Source of the DNA: Pecten maximus
Lineage: Eukaryota
Length of the DNA stretch: 64,000 bases
Assembly: GCF_902652985.1 (NCBI RefSeq)
Contig: NC_047032.1
Span: 30,194,001-30,258,000, forward strand
Direction of reading: 5' to 3'
The position numbers and the translations under genes are program-made. Position 1 is the first letter of the stretch. Every line of letters begins with the position of its first letter. Positions 1 to 13,009 of the stretch are shown here, piece after piece. A model generated the notes under the pieces. The model was not told the DNA's origin, made no database searches, and saw only the letters and a program-made list of their open reading frames with translations.

Positions 1-620
1 CTGACATCTCACAGTACAACACAAGTCTTCAGGGGGAGGGTCTAGTCTAACATCTCACAGTACAACACAAGTCTTCAGGAGGAGGGTCTAGTCTGACATC
101 TCACAGTACAACACAAGTCTTCAGGAGGAGAGTCTAGTCTGACAACATCTCACAGTACAACACAAGTCTTCAGGAGGAGAGTCTAGTCTGACAACATCTC
201 ACAGTACAACACAAGTCTTCAGGAGGAGAGTCTAGACTGACATCATCTCACAGTACAACACAAGTCTACAGTAGGAGTCTAGTCTGACATTTCACAGTAC
301 AACACAAGTCTTCAGGAGGAGAGTCTAGTCTGACATCATCTAGAGTACAACACAAGTCTTCAGGAGGAGAGTCTAGTCTGACATCATCTAGAGTACAACA
401 CAAGTCTTCAGGAGGAGAGTCTTGACTGACATCATCTCACAGTACAACACAAATCTTCAGGAGGAGAGTCTAGTCTGACATCATCTCACAGTACAACACA
501 AGTCTTCAGGAGGGAGAGTCTAGTCTGACATCTCACAGTACAACACAAGTCTTAAGGAGGAGAGTCTAGTCTGACATCATCTCACAGTACAACACAAGTC
601 TTCAGGAGGAGAGTCTGGAC
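1..620. repeat. Minisatellite, ~48-52 bp unit (ctgacatcatctcacagtacaacacaagtcttcaggaggagagtctagt), runs off the left edge
   Basis: About 12 directly visible tandem copies. Confidence 0.95.
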
Positions 621-885
621 ATTATATTTTATCTGGCAGTACTGTGGTGTACATATATATGCTCCTGTACATACCGTTCCTATACAAGATATTCTGACAC
701 AGACAAGTGTAGGTTGATGTAACAAACACATGGAATTTTCTGGAGTGACTGGCTGACACACAAGATGAAACGTCTGAGTCCTCCATCCAAAAAGTACAAT
801 ATGAAGTCTTCACTGAGATGTGAAAAATCTACACCAGTAACAAAATATTAACTTTAACTCAGACACAATTCAGGACAAAAATTTA

Positions 886-2610
886 TTATTGGTAACTTTT
901 GGATTCCTGGGGAGAGATCATTGTTCTGATGTAGGGAGGTATCATTGGTAACATTTTTATTCCTGGGGAGAGATCATTGTTCTGATGTAGGGAGGTATCA
1001 TTAGTAACCTTTTTTATTCCTGGGGAGAGATCATTGTTCTGATGTAGGGAGGTATCATTGGTAACATTTGGATTCCTGGGGAGAGATCATTGTTCTGATG
1101 TAGGTAGGTATCATTGGTAACTTTTTTATTCCTGGGGAGAGATCATTGTTCTGATGTAGGTAGGTATCATTGGTAACATTTGGATTCCTGGGGAGAGATC
1201 ATTGTTCTGATGTAGGGAGGTATCATTTGTAACTTTTTTATTCCTGGGGAGAGATCATTGTTCTGATGTAGGGAGGTATCATTGGTAGCTTTTTGATTCC
1301 TGGGGAGAGATCATTGTTCTGATGTAGGGAGGTATCATTGGTAACTTTTTTATTCCTGGGGAGAGATCATTGTTCTGATGTAGGGAGGTATCATTGGTAA
1401 CTTTTTGATTCCTGAGGAGAGATCATTGTTCTGATGTAGGGAGGTATCATTGGTAACATTTTTATTCCTGGGGAGAGATCATTGTTCTGATGTAGTTAGG
1501 TATCATTGGTAACTTTTTTATTCCTGGGGAGAGATCATTGTTCTGACGTAGGGAGGTATCATTGGTAGCTTTTTGATTCCTGGGGAGAGATCATTGTTCT
1601 GATGTAGGGAGGTATCATTGGTAACTTTTTGATTCCTGGGGAGAGATCACTGTTCTGATGTAGGGAGGTATCATTAGTAACCTTTTGGATTCCTGGGGAG
1701 AGATCATTGTTCTGATGTAGGGAGGTATCATTGGAAACTTTTTTATTCCTGGGGAGAGATCACTGTTCTGATGTAGTTAGGTATCATTGATAACTTTTTT
1801 ATTCCTGGAGAGTGATCATTGTTCTGATGTAGGTAGGTATCATTAGTAACTTTTGGATGCCTGGGGAGAGATCATTGTTCTGATGTAGTTAGGTATCATT
1901 GATAACTTTTGGATTCCTGGGGAGAGATCATTGTTCTGATGTAGGGAGGTATCATTGGTAACTTTTGGATTCCTGGGGAGAGATCATTGTTCTGATGTAG
2001 TTAGGTATTATTGGTAACTTTTGGATTCCTGGGGAAAGATCATTGTTCTGATGTAGGTAGGTATCATTGATAACTTTTGGATTCCTGGGGAGAGATCATT
2101 GTTCTGATGTAGTTAGGTATCATTGGTAACTTTTTTATTCCTGGGGAGAGATCATTGTTCTGATGTAGGTAGGTATCATTGGTAACTTTTTTATTCCTGG
2201 GGAGAGATCATTGTTCTGATGTAGGTAGGTATCATTGGTAGCTTTTTGATTCCTGGGGAGAGATCATTGTTCTGATGTAGGTAAGTATCATTGGAAACTT
2301 TTTTATTCCTGGGGAGAGATCATTGTTCTGATGTAGGGAGGTATCATTGGTAGCTTTTTGATTCCTGGGGAGAGATCATTGTTCTGATGTAGGGAGGTAT
2401 CATTGGTAACTTTTGGATTCCTGGGGAGAGATCATTGTTCTGATGTAGGTAGGTATCATTAGTAGCTTTTGGATTCCTGGGGAGAGATCATTGTTCTGAT
2501 GTAGGGAGGTATCATTGGTAACTTTTGGATTCCTGGGGAGAGATCATTGTTCTGATGTAGGGAGGTATCATTAGTAACATTTGGATTCCTGGGGAGAGAT
2601 CATTGTTCTG
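886..2610. repeat. Minisatellite, 56-bp unit (tcattggtaactttttgattcctggggagagatcattgttctgatgtagggaggta)
   Basis: About 30 tandem copies; spacing of 56 measured between gatcattgttctg at 916 and 972. Confidence 0.97.
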
Positions 2611-2741
2611 TCAGGTTTTAGATCAGTTGATTATCTCCCAATGGAATTCCTACAGAGGGCAATGACACCAGTGTCGGCTCTCAGAGGTACCAGTGTCAGA
2701 GTTACCAGTGTGGGCTCTCAGAGGTGTTAACATCACTAACT

Positions 2742-3870
2742 TCTCCCCAAACCATGACAGGATAGGGCCAACGTACCCTCACATTATATATCTCCCCAAA
2801 CCATGACAGGAAAGGGTCAACGTACCCTCCCATTATATATCTCCCCAAACCATGACAGGAAGGGTCAACGTACCCTCCCATTATATATCTCCCCAAACCA
2901 TGACAGGATAGGGTCAACGTACCCTCACATTATATATCTCCCCAAACCATGACAGGAAGGGTCAACGTACCCTCCCATTATATATCTCCCCAAACCATGA
3001 CAGGATAGGGTCAACGTACCCTCCCATTATATATCTCCCCAAACCATGACAGGATAGGGTCAACGTACCCTCACATTATATCTCTCCCCAAACCATGACA
3101 GGATAGGGTCAACGTACCCTCACATTATATATCTCCCCAAACAATGACAGGAAGGGTCAACGTACCCTCACATTATATATCTCCCCAAACAATGACAGGA
3201 TAGGGTCAACGTACCCTCACATTATATATCTCCCCAAACCATGACAGGATAGGGTCAACGTACCCTCCCATTATATATCTCCCAAACCATGACAGGATAG
3301 GGTCAACGTACCCTCCCATTATATATCTCCCCAAACCATGACAGGATATATAGGGTCAACGTACCCTCCCATTATATATCTCCCCAAACCATGACAGGAT
3401 AGGGTCAACGTACCCTCCCATTATATATCTCCCCAAACCATGACAGGATAGGGTCAACGTACCCTCCCATTATATATCTCCCCAAACCATGACAGGATAG
3501 GGTCAACGTACCCTCCCATTATATATCTCCCCAAACCATGACAGGATAGGGTCAACGTACCCTCCCATTATATATCTCCCCAAACCATGACAGGAAAGGG
3601 TCAACGTACCCTCACATTATATATCTCCCCAAACCATGACAGGATAGGGTCAACGTACCCTCCCATTATATATCTCCCCAAACCATGACAGGAAAGGGTC
3701 AACGTACCCTCCCATTATATATCTCCCCAAACCATGACAGGATAGGGTCAACGTACCCTCACATTATATATCTCCCCAAACCATGACAGGATAGGGTCAA
3801 CGTAACCTCCCATTATATATCTCCCCAAACCATGACAGGATAGGGTCAACGTACCCTCCCCATATATCTC
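2742..3870. repeat. Minisatellite, 49-bp unit (ctccccaaaccatgacaggatagggtcaacgtaccctcccattatatat)
   Basis: About 23 tandem copies. Confidence 0.97.
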
Positions 3871-5138
3871 TGACATTAATGCAGATTCTTCTATCATTGT
3901 TCTACACATATGTAATACGGCATAATTTGATAAAACCAGTGTAACATTAATCAAATTGGTCATATGTAGTTTGAGGTATATGTAAATTCTACCCTACTCA
4001 CAACACCCTAACACCAGTGGACTTCATCTATCTAGTACGTACGGTCTTACTTACAAGATAAGATTCCCATTTTTATTTTACATATGTTTTGCTTCAGACA
4101 GTGTTATACACATACAAAGTTTATGTATGACATTCCAGTCAATGTATGAGTAATTGGACCAGCCAAGCTACTCAAACTCTGCCGAATCCACTCTGGTGTT
4201 ATAGAGGTAGGGTGATTAAAGTAGAGGGTTTTACACTGACGAGGCCAGCCTACCAATAAAGAATACTATTGACACTGACGAGGCCGGCCTACCAATAAAG
4301 AATACTATTGACACAGATTTTTACAAAGTTTATACTGAAATGTCAAGGTCCCAATAGTGTAGCTCAGCATTATAAAGTGAAGTATTTTGTCTAAATCTGA
4401 TCCTGAACCATGTAATCCGTTCTATAAACACCGGGGTATCCCTGTCGAAAACTATATGGTGTGTAAACTGAATCCGTACAATCTGAAAACATCCATTCTC
4501 AATCGTCAGATTTATTCTGATGGGATAAAACCTCAGCTTAATACCTTTAGTTGTTTGTTTTTTACTTTGTGTATCCTCAAAATTAACTTCCCAGGGGATG
4601 AGGTGAACACAAGGAAACAGTATGGATCTTCAGACAGTTTAAACGGAGGTTCCATCAAAAAGTAATCATTAACATTTCAATAATAAATTGGTGGCAGAAA
4701 TCAAATAGTCTAGGTTTATGCTTTCAAATATATTGGAGATGACAACCCCATATTCCTGATGATGTTAAGATACTATAGGTCCAGATATTGTGGGAACAGG
4801 CCATTTGAATCAGTATACTTAGACCACTGTTCTGTGTATTTGTTGAAATCTGGTGACAAAAAACTTTTACCTCTGAGTGCTGTTACACAACAATGCCAGA
4901 AAATAAACTTACAGCTATGTATAAATCCATTGTCTTTATCAACATTTGGTGAATGCCGACATTATATCTCAAAATATCTCGCATACCTATTAGGGAGAGT
5001 GAATTGGTTACACCAATATGCTACACAGAGTGGTAGAAGCTATTGGTATCACAGAAGATAAAATGTTTCTATCATGTGATCAGCTATGGGTATTTTTATC
5101 ACATCAGTCTGCTGGGGTTTCTTCACTACTGCCTGGTA

Positions 5139-8100
5139 AGGAGAGCTCTAGTATCAGAGTAATGGCTAAACTAGGGGAGCTCTAGTATCAGGAGTAATGG
5201 CTAAACTAGGAGAGCTCTAATATCAGGAGTAATGGCTAAACTAGGAGAGCTCTAATATCAGGAGTAATGGCTGAACTAGGAGAGCTCTAGAACCAGGAGT
5301 AATGGCTAAACTAGGAGAGCTCTAGTATCAATAGTAATGGCTAAACTAGGAGAGCTCTAGTATCAATAGTAATGGCTAAACTAGGAGAGCTCTAATATCA
5401 GGAGTAATGGCTGAACTAGGAGAGCTCTAGAATCAGGAGTAATGGCTAAACTAGGAGAGCTCTAGTATCAATAGTAATGGCTGAACTAGGAGAGTTCATG
5501 TATCAATAGTAATGGCTGAACTAGGAGAGCTCTAGTATCAATAGTAATGGCTGAACTAGGAGAGCTCTAGTATCAGGATTAATGGCTAAACTAGGAGAGC
5601 TCTAGTATCAGGAGTAATGGCTAAACTAGGAGAGCTCTAGTATCAGGAGTAATGACTAAACTAGGAGAGCTATTGTATCAGGAGTAATGACTAAACTAGG
5701 AGAGCTCTAGTATCAGGGGTAATGGCTGAACTAGGAGAGCTCTAGTATCAATAGTAATGGCTAAACTAGGATAGCTCTAGTATTAGAGTAATGGCTAAAC
5801 TTGGAGAGCTCTAGTATCAATAGTAATGGCTAAACTAGGGGAGCTCTAGTATCAGGAGTAATGGCTAAACTAGGAGAGCTCTAGTATCAGGAGTAATGGC
5901 TAAACTAGGAGAGCTCTAGTATCAATAGTAATGGCTAAACTAGGAGAGCTCTTGTATCAGTAGTAATGGCTAAACTAGGAGAGCTATTGTATCAGTAGTA
6001 ATGGCTAAACTAGGGGAGCTCTAGTATCAGGAGTAATGACTAAACTTGGAGAGCTCTAGTATCAATAGTAATGGCTAAACTAGGAGAGCTCTAGTATTAG
6101 AGTAATGGCTAAACTTGGAGAGCTCTAGTATCAATAGTAATGACTAAACTTGGAGAGCTCTAGTATCAATAGTAATGGCTAAACTAGGAGAGCTCTAGTA
6201 TTAGAGTAATGGCTAAACTTGGAGAGCTCTAGTATCAATAGTAATGGCTAAACTAGGAGAGCTCTAGTATCAATAGTAATGGCTAAACTTGGAGAGCTCT
6301 AGTATCAATAGTAATGACTAAACTTGGAGAGCTCTAGTATCAATAGTAATGGCTAAACTAGGAGAGCTCTAATATCAGGAGTAATGTCTAAACTATGAGA
6401 GCTCTAGTATCAGGAGTAATGGCTAAACTAGGAGAGCTATTGTATCAATAGTAATGGCTAAACTAGGAGAGCTATTGTATCAGGAGTAATGACTAAACTA
6501 GGAGAGCTCTAGTATCAATAGTAATGGCTAAACTTGGAGAGCTCTAATATCAGGAGTAATGACTAAACTAGGAGAGCTCTAGTATCAGGAGTAATGGCTA
6601 AACTAGGAGAGCTAGCTCTAGTATCAATAGTAATGGCTAAACTAGGAGAGCTCTAGTATCAGGAGTAATGGCTAAACTAGGAGAGCTCTAGTATCAATAG
6701 TAATGGCTAAACTAGGAGAGCTATTGTATCAGGAGTAATGACTAAACTAGGAGAGCTCTAGTATCAGGAGTAATGTCTAAACTATGAGAGCTCTAGTATC
6801 AGGAGTAATGGCTAAACTAGGAGAGCTCTAGTATCAATAGTAATGGCTAAACTAGGAGAGCTATTGTATCAGGAGTAATGACTAAACTAGGAGAGCTCTA
6901 GTATCAATAGTAATGGCTGAACTAAGAGAGCTCTAGTATCAGGAGTAATGGCTAAACTAGGAGAGCTCTTGTATCAATAGTAATGACTAAACTTGGAGAG
7001 CTCTAATATCAGGAGTAATGTCTAAACTATGAGAGCTCTAGTATCAGGAGTAATGGCTAAACTAGGAGAGCTAGCTCTAGTATCAATAGTAATGGCTAAA
7101 CTAGAAGAGCTCTAGTATCAGGAGTAATGGCTAAACTAGGAGAGCTCTAGTATCAATAGTAATGGCTAAACTAGGAGAGCTATTGTATCAGGAGTAATGA
7201 CTAAACTAGGAGAGCTCTAGTATCAGGAGTAATGGCAAAACTTGGAGAGCTCTAGTATCAGGAGTAATGTCTAAACTATGAGAGCTCTAGTATCAGGAGT
7301 AATGGCTAAACTAGGAGAGCTCTAGTATCAATAGTAATGGCTAAACTAGGAGAGCTATTGTATCAGGAGTAATGACTAAACTAGGAGAGCTCTAGTATCA
7401 ATAGTAATGGCTGAACTAAGAGAGCTCTAGTATCAGGAGTAATGGCTAAACTAGCAGAGCTCTAGTATCAGGAGTAATGACTAAACTAGGAGAGCTCTAG
7501 AATCAGGAGTAATGGCTAAACTAGGAGAGCTCTAATATCAGGAGTAATGACTAAACTAGGAGAGCTCTAGTATCAGGAGTAATGGCTAAACTAGGGGAGC
7601 TCTAGTATCAGGAGTAATGGCTAAACTAGGAGAGATCTAGTATCAGGAGTAATGGCTGAACTAGGAGAGCTCTAGTATCAGGAGTAATGACTAAACTAGC
7701 AGAGCTCTAGTATCAGGAGTAATGACTAAACTAGGGGAGCTCTAGTATTAGAGTAATGGCTAAACTAGGAGAGCTCTAATATCAGGAGTAATGGCTGAAC
7801 TAGGAGAGCTCTAGTATCAGGAGTAATGGCTGAACTAGGAGAGCTCTAGTATCAGGAGTAATGGCTAAACTAGGAGAGCTCTAGTATCAATAGTAATGGC
7901 TGAACTAGGAGAGTTCTTGTATCAGTAGTAATGGCTGAACTAGGAGAGCTCTTGTATCAGGAGTAATGGCTGAACTAGGAGAGCTCTAGTATCAATAGCA
8001 ATGGCTAAACTAGGAGAGCTCTAGTATCAGGAGTAATGGCTAAACTAGGAGAGCTCTTGTATCAATAGTAATGACTGAACTAGGAGAGCTCTAGTATCAA

Positions 8101-8863
8101 TAGCAATGGCTAAACTAGGAGAGCTCTAGTATCAGTAGTAATGGCTGAACTAGGAGAGCTCTAGTATCAATAGCAATGGCTAAACTAGGAGAGCTCTAGT
8201 ATCAGTAGTAATGGCTGAACTAGGAGAGCTCTTGTATCAGGAGTAATGGCTAAACTAGGAGCACTAATATCAGGAGTAATGGCTGAACTAGAAGAGCTCT
8301 AGTATCAGAGTAATGGCTGAACTAGGAGAGCTCTGGTATCAGGAGTAATGACTAAACTAGGAGAGCTCTAGTATCAGGAGTAATGACTAAACTAGGAGAG
8401 CTCTAGTATCAGGAGTAATGGCTAAACTAGGAGAGCTCTAGTATCAGGAGTAATGACTAAACTAGGAGAGCTCTAGTATCAGGAGTAATGACTAAACTAG
8501 GGGAGCTCTAGTATCAGGGGTAATGGCTGAACTAGGAGAGCTCTTGTATCAGGAGTAATGGCTGAACTAGGAGAGCTCTTGTATCAGGAGTAATGGCTAA
8601 ACTAGGAGAGCTCTAGAATCAATAGTAATGGCTAAACTAGGAGAGCTCTAGAATCAATAGTAATGGCTAAAGTAGGAGAGCTCTAATATCAGGAGTAATG
8701 GCTAAACTAGGAGAGCTCTAGTATCAGAGTAATGGCTGAACTAGGGGACCTCTAGTATCAGGAGTAATGGCTAAAGTAGGAGAGCTCTAGTATCAGAGTA
8801 ATGGCTGAACTAGGGGACCTCTAGTATCAGAGTAATGGCTGAACTAGGAGAGTTCTTGTATCA
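5139..8863. repeat. Minisatellite, 35-bp unit (aggagagctctagtatcaggagtaatggctaaact)
   Basis: About 105 tandem copies with variant subtypes. Confidence 0.98.
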
Positions 8864-9323
8864 TCTACTATCTGTTTACTTAGTGACTTCACATTATATA
8901 ATTAGACACATCAAGATTACAAACACTGCAACAAGTTAGTCATAGGTATAGCCATATAAACCCCACAAATAAGTCTAACCCTTCAGATTTATGAGAAAGT
9001 CAGGAGTTATTTGTTGGCCCCCATCTGCTACAAAAATGCCCATTTTACAAAGGTCAGACACTCTCAAAGTCAAAAATCATGTGAAACTTCAAACCCATCT
9101 TCTAGTCCAAAAAGAAAGCCATATACCCTCTAATCCTACGTTGATTTCAATAACATATATGCTGGAACAGGTCCAGTCCAGGATTCCCATCCTTCCATGT
9201 TACAGCATGTGATCTGTAATCTAGATCTGGACTGTCTGAGAAATATCAGTGAGTCACTAGCCACACTTCACCCCCTCCCTACATCTAAATTGGCCACAGT
9301 CGCATTCCTGAGATATAACCTGT

Positions 9324-10696
9324 TCTCTACAAGTACTAACACAGAAATTATCTCTACCAGTACTTACACAGAAATTACCTCTACCAGTAATTACACAGAA
9401 ATTATCTCTACCAGTACTTACACAGAAATTATCTCTACCAGTAATTACACAGAAATTATCTCTACGAGTACTAACACAGAAATTATATCTACCAGTACTA
9501 ACACAGAAATTATCTCTACCAGTACTTACACAGAAATTATCTCTACGAGTACTTACACAGAAATTATCTCTACCAGTACTAACACAGAAATTATCTCTAC
9601 CAGTACTAACACAGAAATTATCTCTACTAGTACTTACACAGAAATTATCTCTACCAGTACTTACACAGAAATTATCTCTACCAGTACTTACACAGAAATT
9701 ATCTCTACCAGTACTTACACACAAATTATCTCTACCGGTACTTACACAGAAATTATCTCTACCAGTACTTACACAGAAATTATCTCTACCAGTACTAACA
9801 CAGAAATTATCTCTACCAGTACTTACACAGAAATTATCTCTACCAGTACTTACACAGAAATTATCTCTACCAGTACTTACACAGAAATTATCTCTACCAG
9901 TACTTACACACAAATTATCTCTACCGGTACTTACACAGAAATTATCTCTACCAGTACTTACACAGAAATTATCTCTACCAGTACTTACACAGAAATTATC
10001 TCTACCAGTTCTTACACAGAAATTATCTCTACCAGTACTAACACAGAAATTATCTCTACCAGTACTTACACAGAAATTATCTCTACCAGTACTTACACAG
10101 AAATTATCTCGACCAGTACTTACACAGAAATTATCTCTATCAGTACTTACACAGAAATTATCTCTACACAGAAATTATCTCTACCAGTACTTACACAGAA
10201 ATTATCTCTACCAGTACTTACACAGAAATTATCTCGACCAGTACTTACACAGAAATTGTCTCTTCCAGTACTAACACAGAAATTATCTCTACCAGTACTA
10301 ACACAGAAATTGTCTCTACCAGTACTAACACAGAAATTGTCTCTACCAGTACTAACACAGAAATTGTCTCTACCAGTACTTACACAGAAATTATCTCTAC
10401 CAGTACTTACACAGAAATTATCTCTACCGGTACTTACACAGAAATTATCTCTACCAGTACTTACACAGAAATTATCTCTACCAGTACTTACACAGAAATT
10501 ATCTCTACCGGTACTTACACAGAAATTATCTCTACCAGTACTTACACAGAAATTATCTCTACCAGTACTAACACAGAAATTGTCTCTACCAGTACTTACA
10601 CAGAAATTGTCTCTACCAGTACTAACACAGAAATTATCTCTACCAGTACTTACACAGAAATTGTCTCTCACCAGTACTTACACAGAAGTTATCTTT
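9324..10696. repeat. Minisatellite, 27-bp unit (acacagaaattatctctaccagtactt)
   Basis: About 50 copies; explains the TEIISTSTY / QKLSLPVLT / CVSTGRDNF ORFs. Confidence 0.97.
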
Positions 10697-11729
10697 ACTT
10701 TCAAACCTTATGGATTATTTTGATCAAAACTTTACTCATCAGTAAGTTTTCTCTATCTTTAATTTTTGTTTCAGTTATAAAAAAGCATTAACATGAGATA
10801 TTGAAAATATTTTTGTCAATTAAATAACAAATGAACATTTCCAGTGCAGTCAATAACTCTATTCCAATAATATCAAAGATAATGTGCAGTCCTCTATGAA
10901 CCACCAGATTCTGTGAATATTTTATCCAGTGACATGCACGATTTAGCTAAAATTAGGAACTAGCTGGAATTTGGGTTTTCATGCAAAATAAAACACTATA
11001 AATATCAACAAAAGACCGGTAGCAGCTATCATATAGTCATTCCATCTTAACATGTTGGCACAATCTCAATTCCTCAACTCCGCACCATAAACAATGTAAC
11101 TGATGTTCAAATTTGTTAGGAATCTCTTGGGATCTGTAGAAGTCTTATTCCGACGTAACCGCCCACGTCAATAGCTCACATAACCCTTGCTCCATCAACA
11201 CAACAAACGTGGCAACACTTTCGGTAATTTATACCAGGTTTCTCCATTTGATTCAATGGCCTGCAGCACAGCTATTTAAAAATGTTAGGAGGAGATCAAC
11301 CAATATTCTCCCACCAATAAGATAAATTTGGTTATAATGTTCAATATTCAGGCGCCTTCTGCCAGGATCAACAATATCTTACTCCAAGACAGTCCCAAAA
11401 TAACTCCTATCAGAATTGTAAATATCCTTTTACCAGTATTTGTCTGTCCAATGTTGATATTTCTCCCCTTAACTCCGACAGCCAGACTTCTGAAGCTATG
11501 CACACCGTAATCAATCTTATTAATATGTTCACTGTATCTTTAAAAGCTAAACTATCTATAGGCAATGTTCCACAAAACTTTGTAATTGTTTTCCTGCAAA
11601 ACAATCAATTGGTTGAAACTCCATACAATGCAATCACATAATCTTTTTTTCAGATTCTCTGTGAAAAAATGTTTTTACAGTATAACAGTTTTCCAGTGTT
11701 TAACAGTGAGGACAATAACCTTGACCTAC

Positions 11730-11796
11730 CTTTGCATGTCCTTGACCTCCACAACTTTCCCAAAGGTACCTTCTCCTAGGGTGGAAACAATTTCAT
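11730..11796 (-). CDS. CLK2: CLK/Doa dual-specificity kinase, coding exon with Gly-rich ATP-binding loop (YEIVSTLGEGTFGKVVEVKDMQ), 67 nt
   Basis: Translation matches CLK-family subdomain I; acceptor ttttcag| and donor AG|gtaggt; phase joins the preceding exon (T+AT=Tyr). The symbol denotes a CLK-family ortholog; the paralog number is nominal. Confidence 0.93.
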
Positions 11797-12600
11797 CTGA
11801 AAACCAAACAATCACAACAGTAAACTCACATGCATGTGATAAGGAATTCACATGGAAAAACAGTAAAATGGAAAAGAAAAGAATTTCCTTTTACCAAAAT
11901 GGGTAAATAGTCCCTGGGAACATGCCAAGGTAGTAAATGCTATGAGCAATGCTTCAGTTACTTTGAGAAACATTCTCGAAAAATTTCCCATGAAATTGCT
12001 TCCTGCTCACGGAGATTTGGCTACAGTTCTGATCAAAAGAATTAGGGGCATGAAATCATTTACAAACGCAAACGTTTTCCCCCAGATCATGTGTTACCAT
12101 TTTGCTAAATATTCTGTGAACAAAACATTTCATAATGAATGATTAATATCTATATAGGATATAGAAATATATACGTGTTATATTTGGCAGCAATAGTATC
12201 CAGATTGTCACCATTGAATTAAGGGCAATAACTCATTTTATGCAACAATCTCCAAATTGCAAGCAATGCATGAAATATTCAACAATATTCTATGATCAAT
12301 ATAAGAATAGGTTCATATAAAATACATATCTAGGAAGCACATTAACATCAATAAACCCAAAACCCGTTTTCTAAGTGGTACTTGATTAATGAAATAGGGG
12401 GTGATTCTCTGAAACATCTCCCCAAGGGAAACATGATCGAACATCAGTGTTACCCCTTCGATTGTTATTCAACATCATAGGGACCAAATTAGGTCGAAAT
12501 ATTTGGGACATTGAAGGCCAATCGAAGGAATAATACACAAATAGGGGGCACTTATGATGCAAGATATATTCTAGGCTAAACGTTACGAAAAGAGGTGTAC

Positions 12601-12685
12601 ATCGTGCTTGTAGGACATCGCCCGGCTGATAGATCAGATGGCCTTCTTCATCGTCCACAACTCTCGGACCAGCCTCACTTTCATC
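12601..12685 (-). CDS. CLK2: CLK kinase, 85-nt cassette exon (DESEAGPRVVDDEEGHLIYQPGDVLQAR), equivalent of the regulated vertebrate exon 4
   Basis: Family-diagnostic DDEEGHL..GD.L..RY motif; acceptor ggaacag| and weak donor CGAT|gtacac; length is 1 mod 3. Confidence 0.92.
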
Positions 12686-13009
12686 CTGTTCCATCATCCC
12701 CAAACCCAACAGGTGGCAGCACCCCAGCAATCACCCAACAGCGAAACATCGTCATCGGCGTGGTAAGGGAGGCAGGAAGGCAGCACGGATGATACCCCAA
12801 ACATCGTTCATTCATATTCAGATTAAATGTTAGACAGCCCATAGTGTAGTCGGATCATTTTCATTGTCGGTTGACCGGCAAGTCAGGTGGAAGGGCGCAC
12901 ATGAGATAGATAAGGGAGGCGAATGTGTCACAAAAAAATACATCAGGACATATGGTCATCATTAAACAGTGTGTGCAACATATTTTACATTCAACGAGAC
13001 AGCAACACT
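12686..13009 (-). promoter_or_regulatory. AG-exclusion zone / predicted distant branch point region upstream of the CLK 85-nt exon
   Basis: No CT on + (AG on -) between 12688 and 13007; candidate branch motifs ctaac (12829-12833), ctgac (12882-12886) and tttaat (~12961-12966), with pyrimidine-rich stretches between them and the acceptor. Confidence 0.8.

Noticed and set aside
9197-10723. 508-aa Thr/Ser-rich mucin-like ORF
   Set aside because: It is a 27-bp tandem unit open on both strands, changes register mid-array, and lies antisense within the CLK locus; no non-repeat domain.
620-11400. Downstream CLK kinase exons (VALKIIKN..., EHLAMMERILG)
   Set aside because: Searched the non-repeat gaps by eye and found none; presumed to lie left of the window.
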